A DNA stretch of 49,198 nt from a virus. Lineage: Duplodnaviria > Caudoviricetes. The notes beneath the pieces are model-generated. The model had not been told where the DNA came from, did no database searches, and saw only the letters and a program-made list of their open reading frames with translations. Where the stretch lies: positions 1-49,198 of the IMG/VR virus record IMGVR_UViG_3300037755_000083. One strand, given 5' to 3'. This document shows, piece by piece, positions 15,451 to 25,900 of this stretch (position 1 is the stretch's first letter; the number at the start of each line of letters is the position of its first letter). The translations under genes were made by a program, and so were the position numbers.

Positions 15451-17463
15451 ATGACCCAGCGACAGCTCCCTGGCCGCACCAGGCGCCCCGGCTCCAAGTT
15501 CTCGTCGAACAAGTCTGGCGACTTCGACAAGTCGCCTGCCGGCGTGCGCCGGGCCAAGCAGGCCGTGCTCAACCGTCTCGCTCTCGGCGAGAACGTGAAG
15601 GTCGCGATGTCGTACGTGGACCGCTCCCTGGACACGTACAAGACGTGGCGGGCCGACGACAAGGACTTCGCCGAGCAGGCGACGAACGCGCGCAAGAGCG
15701 CGATGAAGAAGACCTCCACCCCTTCCTCGGCGCTGACGCCGAACAAGTCGGCTGTCATCCAGACGAACGACCGAGCCTACTACGGCACGCGGGAGTGGAC
15801 GTTCGTGGAGTTCCGCAAGGAGTTCCTGGGCATGGAGACCTACCCGCACATGCAGGAGTGGGCAGAGCTCCTGGACAACTTCGCCGACTCTGAAATCCTC
15901 CGGGTGGCTGAGCAGGAGGGGCGCCTCCAGCGAGGCTCCGACAAACGGCTCATCATCAACGAGCCGCCCTTCCATGGCAAGACTGCCACGATCTCGATGT
16001 CGTACATCCTGTACCGCATCTGCATGAACGTGAACATCCGCGTCATCCTGGTGTCGAAGACGGTGGATCTGGCGAAGAAGATCCTCTTCGCCATCAAGCA
16101 GCGGCTCACCGATCCGCGCTGGTCGAAGCTCCAGGCAGAGTTCGCCCCACCAGGCGGCTTCAACCCTCCGGGCGGGGACAACGTGTGGCGTGCCGACGCC
16201 ATCTACGTCGCCGGTTCGAGCTCCGGCGAGAAGGACCCGACCGTTCAGGCGGTCGGCATCGGCGGCTCCATCTATGGAGCCCGTACGGACCTGACCATCC
16301 TCGACGACATCTCGGACCTGACGAACGCCCACCAGTTCGACAAGCAGATCGACTACATCGAACAGGATCTTGCCTCACGAGGCAAGGGTGCGAAGATCGT
16401 CGCGGTGGGAACCCGCACGGGCCGGCGAGACGTGTACGTGGAGCTCGCAGACCCGCACCGCTACATCACGGGCAAGAGCCCGTGGACGCGACTGAAGCAG
16501 CCTGCGGTGAAGCAGTACGCAGAGGATCCGAAGGACTGGGTGACTCTGTGGCCGAAGACGCACCACCCTCTCGACGCCAATCAGGACGAGGGGCCGGATG
16601 CGGACGGCCTGTACACCGCCTGGGATGGCGAGGCGCTGTCCTTCGTGCGCTCGTCGATGTCCCCGTGGCGCTGGGCGCTCATCTACCAGCAGGAAGACTC
16701 CGTCGAGGACACGGTGTTCAAGGCGGAGGCCGTGTGGGGCTCCGTGGATCGTCGGCGCAAGCCTGGCGTCATGCAGGAGACCGCCTGGGGCGGTGCTGGC
16801 GTGTCGCGTGCGAAGCTGTGGAAGATCGCCGCGATGGACCCGGCGATGGCCGGGATCACGGCCACCATGGTCATGTCCCTGGACCGCGTGACACGCAATC
16901 GCTGGATCGAGAACGCCTGGGCGAAGGAGAAGCCTTCGGCGCAGTACATCCGTGAGCACATCTTCTCGGTGACCGATACCTACGGCATCGATGAGTGGGT
17001 GATTGAGCGGAACGCTTTCCAGCTCTTCCTCACACAGGACCCACAGATCACGAAGTTTCTTCAGTCCAGGGGAGTGCTTCTGCGCCCACACTACTCCGGC
17101 TCGAACAAGCAGGACCCCGACTTCGGCGTCGCCTCCCTAGAGCCGCTGTTCGGCTCCCTGGAGCGCGAAGTGGAGGGCGGGAAGTTCAAGCACAACAAGG
17201 ACAACCTGCTCCAGCTCCCCGACCCTGACATGTCCGATGGAATCAGGAAGTTCATCGAACAGTTGCTGACGTGGGAGCCTCACGTCAAGGGCAAGGACTT
17301 GGAGCAGGACCTTGTCATGGCGGCGTGGTTCTGTGAGATCGCCGCACGAGACAAGCTCGGCGGCCGGGACCCTCGGAACCCGTCAGCAGACAATACCAAT
17401 CTTCAGGTCCAGACTCGGTTCATGATGAACCGGAGGAGGGGACAGCTCCGTGTCATCGGTTAA
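15451..17463 (+). CDS. terL: Terminase large subunit with N-terminal HTH-like extension
   Basis: Walker A PPFHGKT, Walker B LTILDD, VGTR, nuclease AMDPA and QDLVMA. Confidence 0.9.
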   Translation: MTQRQLPGRTRRPGSKFSSNKSGDFDKSPAGVRRAKQAVLNRLALGENVKVAMSYVDRSLDTYKTWRADDKDFAEQATNARKSAMKKTSTPSSALTPNKSAVIQTNDRAYYGTREWTFVEFRKEFLGMETYPHMQEWAELLDNFADSEILRVAEQEGRLQRGSDKRLIINEPPFHGKTATISMSYILYRICMNVNIRVILVSKTVDLAKKILFAIKQRLTDPRWSKLQAEFAPPGGFNPPGGDNVWRADAIYVAGSSSGEKDPTVQAVGIGGSIYGARTDLTILDDISDLTNAHQFDKQIDYIEQDLASRGKGAKIVAVGTRTGRRDVYVELADPHRYITGKSPWTRLKQPAVKQYAEDPKDWVTLWPKTHHPLDANQDEGPDADGLYTAWDGEALSFVRSSMSPWRWALIYQQEDSVEDTVFKAEAVWGSVDRRRKPGVMQETAWGGAGVSRAKLWKIAAMDPAMAGITATMVMSLDRVTRNRWIENAWAKEKPSAQYIREHIFSVTDTYGIDEWVIERNAFQLFLTQDPQITKFLQSRGVLLRPHYSGSNKQDPDFGVASLEPLFGSLEREVEGGKFKHNKDNLLQLPDPDMSDGIRKFIEQLLTWEPHVKGKDLEQDLVMAAWFCEIAARDKLGGRDPRNPSADNTNLQVQTRFMMNRRRGQLRVIG

Positions 17464-19285
17464 CTCGAAGTTCGACAAGGATCTGCGGCAGCGCATCGAG
17501 CGCCTGCGTGACAAGTACGCGCGGCATGACCAGGTCGCCCTGGAGATGCTGTACATCCGGTACAACGACTGGGAGAAGGTCGCTCCTGGCGTGCTCAACA
17601 AGGAGCACCCGAAGCCGATCGTCGCCAACCTGATCGACGTGTACGCAGAGCACGCGAAGGCAGCCCTTTCCCCGCTGCCCGCGTTCCGTTGCCGAGCCTC
17701 CTCGCTCGGCGCGCCGGAGAAGGCGAAGAAGGCTGCTGACAAGCGAACTCTCATCGTCGAGAACTACCTGGAGAAGTCGAAGGTCCAGAAGCAGATGCAG
17801 GCTGCTGCTGACGGCTTCTACATGTACGGCCTCATTGTCGCCTCTGTCGTCCCGAACATCGTGGAGCAGTGTGTAGACATCCGCTTCCGCGACCCGTTCT
17901 CCTGGTACCCAGTGTGGGACTGGAAGGGCGACACGGTAGAGATCGCACACATCTTCCGTCGGCGCATCGTGGACCTCGCCGCAGAGTATCCTGAGTCGCA
18001 GGAGATCCTGCTGTCGTACCGCCAGGACAAGAACTCTGGCGAGATCATCAACCATGAGGTTGAGGTCTACTACCACGACGACGGCAAGATGATCTCGATC
18101 ATGGTGCCGAACCTGGGCGGCCTGGTGCTCGCCCAGCAGAAGAACCCGATCGGCCGATGCATGACGCACGCGGCCACTGCGGCTGGACCGGACGGCGAGG
18201 TTCGCGGCGCGCTGGACAACCTCGGCTGGGTGCAGATCGCCCGACACGAGACGCAGATCGGTTCCCTGGAGGCCATCTTCGACGCCATCGAGGCGCCGTA
18301 CGTCGTCCCCATGGACGTCGGTGAGGTGGCCATCGGCCCCGGCTCGGTGATCCGGACCAACAACCCGCAGGGCGCAGGCCGTCTCTCGATGAACCTTCCG
18401 CAGGGCGCGTTCACTGCGATCCAGCACCTGAAGGAAGAGATGCAGACCGGCGCGATCACGCCGGAGGCTCTGGGCGGATCCATCGACGCGTCGGTGGTGA
18501 CAGGTAAGGGTGTTCAGCAGCTCATGGCTGGCTACAGCCAGCAGATCGCCATGCGTCAGGAGACGCTGACGCAGTTCTTCAAGAACGTGATCCACACGGC
18601 GCTGAAGACCGACGAAGCGGTGTGGCCGGACCGCGAGGTCCGTACGTCCGGCTACAAGGAGGGCAACGAGTACTCGCTGAAGTACACGCCGCGCAAGGAC
18701 ATCGCCGGGTACTACGAGGTGGATGTCTCCTACGGTACGGCGACAGGTCTGGACCCGAACCGTGCTCTCGTGTACGAGCTGCAACTCCTCGGCGCCCGAC
18801 TGCACTCGAAGGACACCGTCCTCCGAGAGCTCCCCGGCAAGGTGTCGCCGACCGACGAACTGCGCAAGATCCAGGTGGAGGAAGCGCGCGATGCGCTCAT
18901 GCAGTCCATCGCGGGTCTCGCTCAGGCGATCCCTGGGATGACGGCACAGGGCCAGGACCCGTCCGCGACGGTGGCGAAGATCGCCATGTTCGTGAACCTC
19001 CTGGAGAAGGGGCAGCCCCTGGAGGAGATCGCGGTGAAGGTCTTCCCGGAACCTGAGCCGCAGCCACAGGCGCCCGCCTCGGCCGACGAGATGGCCATGC
19101 AGCAGCTTCAGCAGGCCATGGGCGGCGGCGGTATGCCTGGCGAGGTGGCGGCGGACGCTCCACCGCCTGGAGCAGCCCCGGCAGAGGGCGGCGGTCAGCG
19201 GCCCAGCCTGGAGGGCCTGGTCGCCTCCCTGACGCAGGGCGGGGCGCCTTCTCTCGGCGCTAGGGCTACAGCTCCACCGCTGTAG
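17450..19285 (+). CDS. Portal protein
   Basis: Follows terminase, 611 aa, Pro/Gln/Gly-rich C-terminal tail. Confidence 0.8.
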   Translation: MSSVNSKFDKDLRQRIERLRDKYARHDQVALEMLYIRYNDWEKVAPGVLNKEHPKPIVANLIDVYAEHAKAALSPLPAFRCRASSLGAPEKAKKAADKRTLIVENYLEKSKVQKQMQAAADGFYMYGLIVASVVPNIVEQCVDIRFRDPFSWYPVWDWKGDTVEIAHIFRRRIVDLAAEYPESQEILLSYRQDKNSGEIINHEVEVYYHDDGKMISIMVPNLGGLVLAQQKNPIGRCMTHAATAAGPDGEVRGALDNLGWVQIARHETQIGSLEAIFDAIEAPYVVPMDVGEVAIGPGSVIRTNNPQGAGRLSMNLPQGAFTAIQHLKEEMQTGAITPEALGGSIDASVVTGKGVQQLMAGYSQQIAMRQETLTQFFKNVIHTALKTDEAVWPDREVRTSGYKEGNEYSLKYTPRKDIAGYYEVDVSYGTATGLDPNRALVYELQLLGARLHSKDTVLRELPGKVSPTDELRKIQVEEARDALMQSIAGLAQAIPGMTAQGQDPSATVAKIAMFVNLLEKGQPLEEIAVKVFPEPEPQPQAPASADEMAMQQLQQAMGGGGMPGEVAADAPPPGAAPAEGGGQRPSLEGLVASLTQGGAPSLGARATAPPL

Positions 19286-19297
19286 GAATGCAATAGC

Positions 19298-19552
19298 ATG
19301 GGAGCTGGTTCATCCACCATGGATCAGGACGAAGAGCTCGGCGGGCCGCTCCCGCTCACGTGGCTCGACTTCGCCATCATCCCCGTCTCGCTGATTCGCG
19401 GACTGGGGCAGACGGTTTCGAGTGCGTTCGGTCCGCTGGAGAATTCCATGATCCGGGCATCCACCTACAAGTCGCTGCGGAAGGTCCAGAAGGACAGCTT
19501 CCGCGCGGAGGCCGGACAGGCTATCGAAGCACTCTCGCGAGGTGAGAAGTAA
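19298..19552 (+). CDS. Hypothetical protein
   Basis: In operon; TAATG coupling. Confidence 0.6.
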   Translation: MGAGSSTMDQDEELGGPLPLTWLDFAIIPVSLIRGLGQTVSSAFGPLENSMIRASTYKSLRKVQKDSFRAEAGQAIEALSRGEK

Positions 19553-19974
19553 TGCCAGTACACGGTGGCGCACGAGTTTCGACCGCGCCCGCGCGCGACG
19601 CGATGCGCAAGCCCGACGTGTCGAACCTTGCTCAACAGTACGGCGAGGGGACCGAGTTTGCGGACCTCGCCGCTGATGCACCTGTCGGCCGCCCAGGCAA
19701 TGGCCCTGGGGTGACGGCTGGCGGCGGAGCGCCCGCAGGCCCGGCCATGGATCTGTCTGGTGTCACCGGCCTCGGCGCGCCCACCCAGCGCCCTGGCGAG
19801 GCGGTGACGGCTGCCGCGCCCACGCCGCTCATGTCTGACGAGCAGATGGATGCTCGCAACATGTCGCCCGGCTTCGTCAACTACCTCGTGAATCGAGCAT
19901 CGAGCTCTGACTCGACGCTCGCCTTCCGCAAGTTCGTGCGCAACGTTGTCGCGCAGAGGGGTATGCCTCAGTGA
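19552..19974 (+). CDS. Hypothetical virion-associated protein
   Basis: QYGEG and APTQRPGEAVT motifs in the usual post-portal position. Confidence 0.6.
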   Translation: MPVHGGARVSTAPARDAMRKPDVSNLAQQYGEGTEFADLAADAPVGRPGNGPGVTAGGGAPAGPAMDLSGVTGLGAPTQRPGEAVTAAAPTPLMSDEQMDARNMSPGFVNYLVNRASSSDSTLAFRKFVRNVVAQRGMPQ

Positions 19975-22900
19975 TTCTCTCCTTCGACGAGAAGATCGGC
20001 GCTACAGCGAACGCCGGGGCGTCCATTGGCGTGGCCGCAGAAGGCGGTAACGTCCCCGAGGATCAGGGCTGGTTCTGGAACTGGATGCAGTCCATGGGGG
20101 AGGGTCTCGGCGCCGCAGCAAGGGCAACTGGCCTCGACCGATCCCCTTCGGAGGTGCTCACTGCCGGGATACTCCCGCCCTCCTTCACGAATGAGGGTTG
20201 GCAGCGCAACTCGGAGATCGCTGCGGGCGCTCCCAACACGAAGGTCGGGTCGACCTTCGACAAGGTTCTCATGCGACCTTCCGCCCTGTATCAGGGCGGC
20301 CTCCGATGGGGCGACGCGCTCCAGCGCAGTCAGTACACGCCCGGCCAGTCGCGGCCGTGGCACATGACGGACGCCCAGTGGAACCGATCCCGCAACCAGG
20401 AGTTCGCTGGCGCGGACGTGAACCTGGACATCCGCTCGTACATCAAGATGGCGTGGGAGGGCGACGACACCGCCTCTGAGGTCATCCGTGCCCTGGAAGG
20501 GCACGCGCCCACCCTCGACAAGAACGGCATGGTCACCTACGAGCTCGTCGACGACGACTCGCCCGAGGGCCGCGAGCGCAAGTATCAGGATCTGTACGAG
20601 CGCGGCATCCGTGACCGCTTCACCTGGGGGCTGGTCGACTTCGGCTACGATGTCGTCACGGACCCGCTGAACGCTGTCACTCTTGGTGCGTCGAAGGCAT
20701 CGCAGGTGATGCGCACTCTTCAGCCGGGCGATGTCGACCGAGCCTTCACCATGTCTCGCCAGGGCGGCCAGATGCCGCAGAACGTCGAGCTTGTCAACGA
20801 TGTCATGAAGGGGCCGAACGCTCTCAGCCCCCAGAATGTCACCAACTCGGTGCGCGGCAAGATTGCCGACCATCGGGTGCGACGTCTGAACCGCCTCGTC
20901 GGCCAATCTGTCGACGAGTACATTCAGTTCTCCCGTAACGGCTCGAACCTCGCCGGAACCGTCACCCGCAACAACCCGCTGTTTGACGCCCTGGACGACC
21001 AGGGCGTCATGTCGGCGGTGTTCAAGGACGTCTGGGACGACGTCCGTCCTGGGGGCAAGACCGAGGCTGCCGCGCGTCGGGAGATGAAGGACGCCATCTA
21101 CGCCATGGCGGGAAGCCGCCAGGCGATCCGGACGGTGAAGCAGAACTACCTCACCACCTACCAGAGCCTCCACAACGTCATGGAGGGATACGAGCACGGA
21201 CTGCGGATGGACACGATCCTCGCGCACCCGCGTCTCCGCCAGCTCAGCCTCCGGCCCTCGGACATCTACAAGGCTGACGGGTGGCTGAAGGCCGAGCGCA
21301 ACGCGGTGGAGAACTCCCCCAAGGCAATGCGCGACATCATGGGCAAGATGACGGCTACCCGTGCTGCGGGCTACCGTCTCACGCCAGAAGCCTCTCAGCA
21401 GGTCTTCGACCGCCTGAAGTCATCTGAGCAGGCGTGGCAGCGAGCCCTCGACGAGGCGACCTCCGGCCAGGAACTGGCATACGCCTCTAGTGGACTCAAG
21501 AACCAGGAGGCCGTGTTCGCCTCCGACGACATCGTCTCCGAGGTCGCTCGCCAGTCACGAGGCCGGATCCAGGAGCTCCCCGGCTTCACGCAGCAGGGCC
21601 TTCGCGAGCACGCGAACAGCGAGCTTGCCGCCCGGTGGGGCGAGAAGCCTCTCGGGCACGCGGGGATCGTGAAGGCTGGCGCGTTCACATCACCGGTCCA
21701 CATCTTCACCGGCGACCGGATCCCGAACGCGATCCGCCTCGACGACCCGCTGTCGAACACGTTCGTGAACGCGGCGGTGCGCCGCTTCCAGCGCGAGATC
21801 GCCAAGCACGGCCGGAAGGTGGGCCTGACCGAGGAGCGTCAGCGCTCCTATGTCGCAGCCTCCAATGCGATCACGTCGCGCTATGCAGCCACAGAAGGGC
21901 TTGGCTCCACGCGCGGAGCGGCAGAGCGTGCGCGCATCCTGGAAGAGCTGGACGATGTCATTGCCGAGTGGCTCGGTGACGCCTACGCGAACCCGACGAA
22001 GACTCGCCAGGAGGTCATGGCGGAGTATCTGTCCGCCCGGCGCCTGAACGCTGACGACATCGCCGACGCGATGGCGACCGCGAAGAACGCCCGCGACACA
22101 GGCAAGCCTGTCGGCTGGATGTCGCAGACTACAGGCGTGCTCCGTGTGATCGACCCGGCCATCGCCAAGAACCTCGACGAGGGTGGGCTGCGCAACGTGT
22201 ACGCGCTCCCGGACTTCACTGAGGTCCGTCGAGTGTTCAGCGACCGCTACAAGCGGCAGGCTGACGTCATCGACTACAACGATGTCGAGAACCGCATCGC
22301 GCAGTCGTACACGCCGGAGGCGTACACGGAGGCATGGGGGCAGAACGGTACTGCATATGTCCCGCGTAGCGAGACAGCCGTAGCAGCGCGCACCCTGGCC
22401 CGCAATTCGGCCGAGACGGTCGTGGCCAGCGCCGAGTTCCTGCACCGTCTCATGCTCCTGCGGCCCGCGTACGCGATCCGTAACGCGATCGAGTCGGTGA
22501 TGCGCTTTGCCGTCAAGGACGGCGTGGATGCTGCGCTCATGGTCGGCGCGAGGGCGATGGGCAACGGCGTCCGGAACACCGCTCGGGTCACTCAGGGCGA
22601 GGCGGACTTCGCCACGGAGTCCCTGAAGGCCCACCTGGAGCTGCCTTCCCTGAAGGAGCAGTACGAGAACCTGGCTGACCAGATCGAAGCATCCCGCACC
22701 GCCATGGTACCCGGGTTTCCCGCGTCCGGCAACGGCTTCCAGATCGTCGACGTGAAGGCTCCTGGCGTCGGCCAGCCCGCCAAGCCCGTCCAGCCGGAGA
22801 CCTTCGGCAAGGACTTCGCCCTCACGGGCGACCAGCTTCGTTTCGTTCGCGAGAACGCGAAGAAGCACTTTGGCCGCACTCTCACCGAGGATGAGGTGCG

Positions 22901-25900
22901 GATGCTGAACGCAACCGCGCAGTGGGTAACGAAGGGTGACAGCTTCTCCCTTCGCAACATGGGTCCGCGCCAGCGCGAGTACTTCCTGGACCAGGTCGGC
23001 AAGATGATCCGGCAGTCCCCGCTGGTGGGCTCTGAGCTGCACCGTGGCTTCCGCATCGACCCTGACTCCCTCGACGACTACGGCGCATGGTCGAAGATGG
23101 TCGACGGGCTGAAGGAAGGCGATGTCTTCGAGACTCCCGTCTGGTCGTGGACTAAGGATCGCGGCCAGGCGGTGAACTACTCCGAACTGGACTCTGCTGA
23201 CGCTCCCTCGACGAAGCGTGTCGTGCTGGACATTGACGGACCGGTTCGCGGAGTGGAACTTGACCGTCTGATCCGCACGGGCGGTTCCGAGGTGCTGTCT
23301 TCGGGCCGCATCCAGGTCCGTTCTATCGCGGAGAAGGATGGCACGAAGGTCATCAAGGCGCGCATGGTGAACACGGGCACCATCCCGGCGAATTCGCCGG
23401 ATGCGATCGACGGACGTCGAGTCCCGAACCTGCCCGAGTCGATCCTGAACCAGCGGCACCTCGACGACGAATCCCTGGCGGCTGCGAATGAGCGCCTGGG
23501 GGAGCTGTTCGAGCGCATCCAGACTCGCGAGGCGCTGATCGGCGAGGACTACGAGACGTGGCTGGAGAAGGCCGTTGAGGCCGGTGCGGATCCGGAAGAG
23601 CTGAACAAGCGGGTTCAGCGAGGCTCCACTGTCCTGCGCGAGACCTCCGGGTCATCTTTCGGGATCACCGCTGACGGGATGTCGCTCCCACCCAAGGTCG
23701 CCGACGCCTACCGGGACGTCCTGAAGGACTTCCAGGACGCGCACGGCACCGACGTGTCGCACGAGATCCTGGATGGCGTGTTCGGCACTGCGAAGAACGC
23801 TCGCCTCCGACAGCTCCTGCGCGAGCTGGGCGGCACGAAGGAAGTCGCCTACTCTCCCGAGACCCACGGCGAGTACGTCTCTGCGATGACTCGCTACATC
23901 AACACGACGCTTGCCAAGGACCCCATCTATCTGAAGGCGATGGAGGGCCGGTCCGCCGAGAAGCTGGCCGACTGGCTGCGCAGTGACCCGGAGGGCTCCC
24001 GCCTGTTCTCCGCGTTCGAGCAGGACCGGCGCGGCCGGTACGCCTTCTACGGCTCGGACCCGACGAACGCGGAGTCGGAACGCCCATACAGCCCGGCGCG
24101 GCTGGAGGAGCGCATCCGCGAGGTGCCGACGACCGTCAAGGATGCTGCCCGCTACACGCTTGCTGGCCCCACGCCTGCGCGCGAGTTCGATCAGTGGGAC
24201 GACCTGGCATCCTTCCGCAAGGGCTTCCAGAAGGGCCATTACAACAAGGGCGCCCTCAACTACAACGTGGTGCGCCCGGCGAGCGAGTCGCGCGCGCGCG
24301 AGGTGATTGCGGCCAACAATCTGGCCCGCCTGTTCTACCTGCCCGCGCTGGACATCCGTCCGACCCGCGACGGCAACAGGGCTGTCCTGGCCGTGGAGGC
24401 CGAGGGCCCTGCCTGGAACGCGGTACAGGATCTTGGCGTGGAGACCTCTACACCGCAGCAGGCCCTCCAGTCGGCGCTAAACCGCGCCAATGACCGCGAG
24501 GACGCTCTGTACTCCTTCGCCGAGATCACAAAGGGTGACGTTGACAACCAGGGGCAGGCTGCCGGCCTGAGCGGCAAGGATCTGGAGCGCTTCAATGCGA
24601 AGGTCAACGGCATCATCGATGAGATCCTCGACGCGGAGGGCATCGAGCGGGCCGAGGGGCCGCCGCTGAAGAGCCGCAGGGTTCCGCTGAAGTCCCACCG
24701 CGAGCCGGACGCGACCCACGTGGAGCGCTATGGCTATCAGTCCACCCCGGACTTCGACCGGGCCGATGCCTTCTACGAGAAGGTCCGCGAGGAACTGGGC
24801 TACACTCCGGACGATATCCTCGACAAGGCGGAGTACGAGTCCCTGCGCGAGGCGGGCTTCCTGCGCTACGCGACGCCGGGCGAGTACCAGCGCAACGTCG
24901 ACGAGTACCGTGGTCGCATCCGTGACGCGGGCGCTGATCGCGAGCTGATGGCAGCCCTGCGCATCAAGAAGACCGTGGATCTCCTGCTCCCGTTCCAGTC
25001 GACGCGAGCACGTTTCGCGACTGGTGGCACCATCTCGGAGGAGGGCGCAGAGAAGCTGATCGAGGTGATCCAGCGGCAGGTCGAGGGTGGCGCCGTCGAG
25101 AAGGACTACCGCCTCCCCGCGCTGCCGACGCAGGCGCTTGACGAGACGGCCCTGCTGGGCAACCTGGGCCGTGGTGGCGGCGTGGGCCGCCAGTCCATCC
25201 GCAGGCTCCAGGAATCGAACCTGGAGCGCTTCCAGCAGTGGTGGTTCAAGTGGGCCGGTGAGCAGCCGGAGGTTGCGTTCTCGCAGTCGCCGCACTACCG
25301 CCTGTTCTGGGACGAGGAGTGGTCGAAGGCTACGACCGGCGTCATCGCCGAGGGCGACATGACGGTCCGACAGATCAACGAACTGCGCAAGCGGGTCGCA
25401 GGACGAGCCCGTCGCAAGGTAGCCCAGTACGCCTTCGACACTCGCCAGCAGTCCGCCATGTCAGGCCACGCAGCCACGCGCGCCCTGTTGCCATTCTTCC
25501 CTGCATGGGAAGACTCGATGCGAAAGTGGCTGAAGATCGGCTCGGAGCACCCGGTAGCCACGCTGGCCGCCGCGCGCCTGGTGGCATCGCCGGAGAAGTA
25601 CGCTCCGATCGTCACGAACGATCAGGGCATCATCATGCCGAATGGCATGGTGGCTCGGCGCAACCAGGACGGCTCAATCGGCGAGGAGTTCCGGGAGAAG
25701 CGAGAGGGCGAGGGCTACATGGTCCTGTCGCTGCCCTCCTGGGCGAAGCGTGGGCCACTAGAGCACCAGGACGAGCTGCGCTTCTCTGTCGCGTCGGCGA
25801 ACGTCTCCTGGGGCGGCAGCCCGTGGTGGCTGCCTGGCTCTGGTCCGCTCATCGCCATCCCGGCGAACCAGCTCGCGCTGCACTGGGAAGGCCCTGGCCG

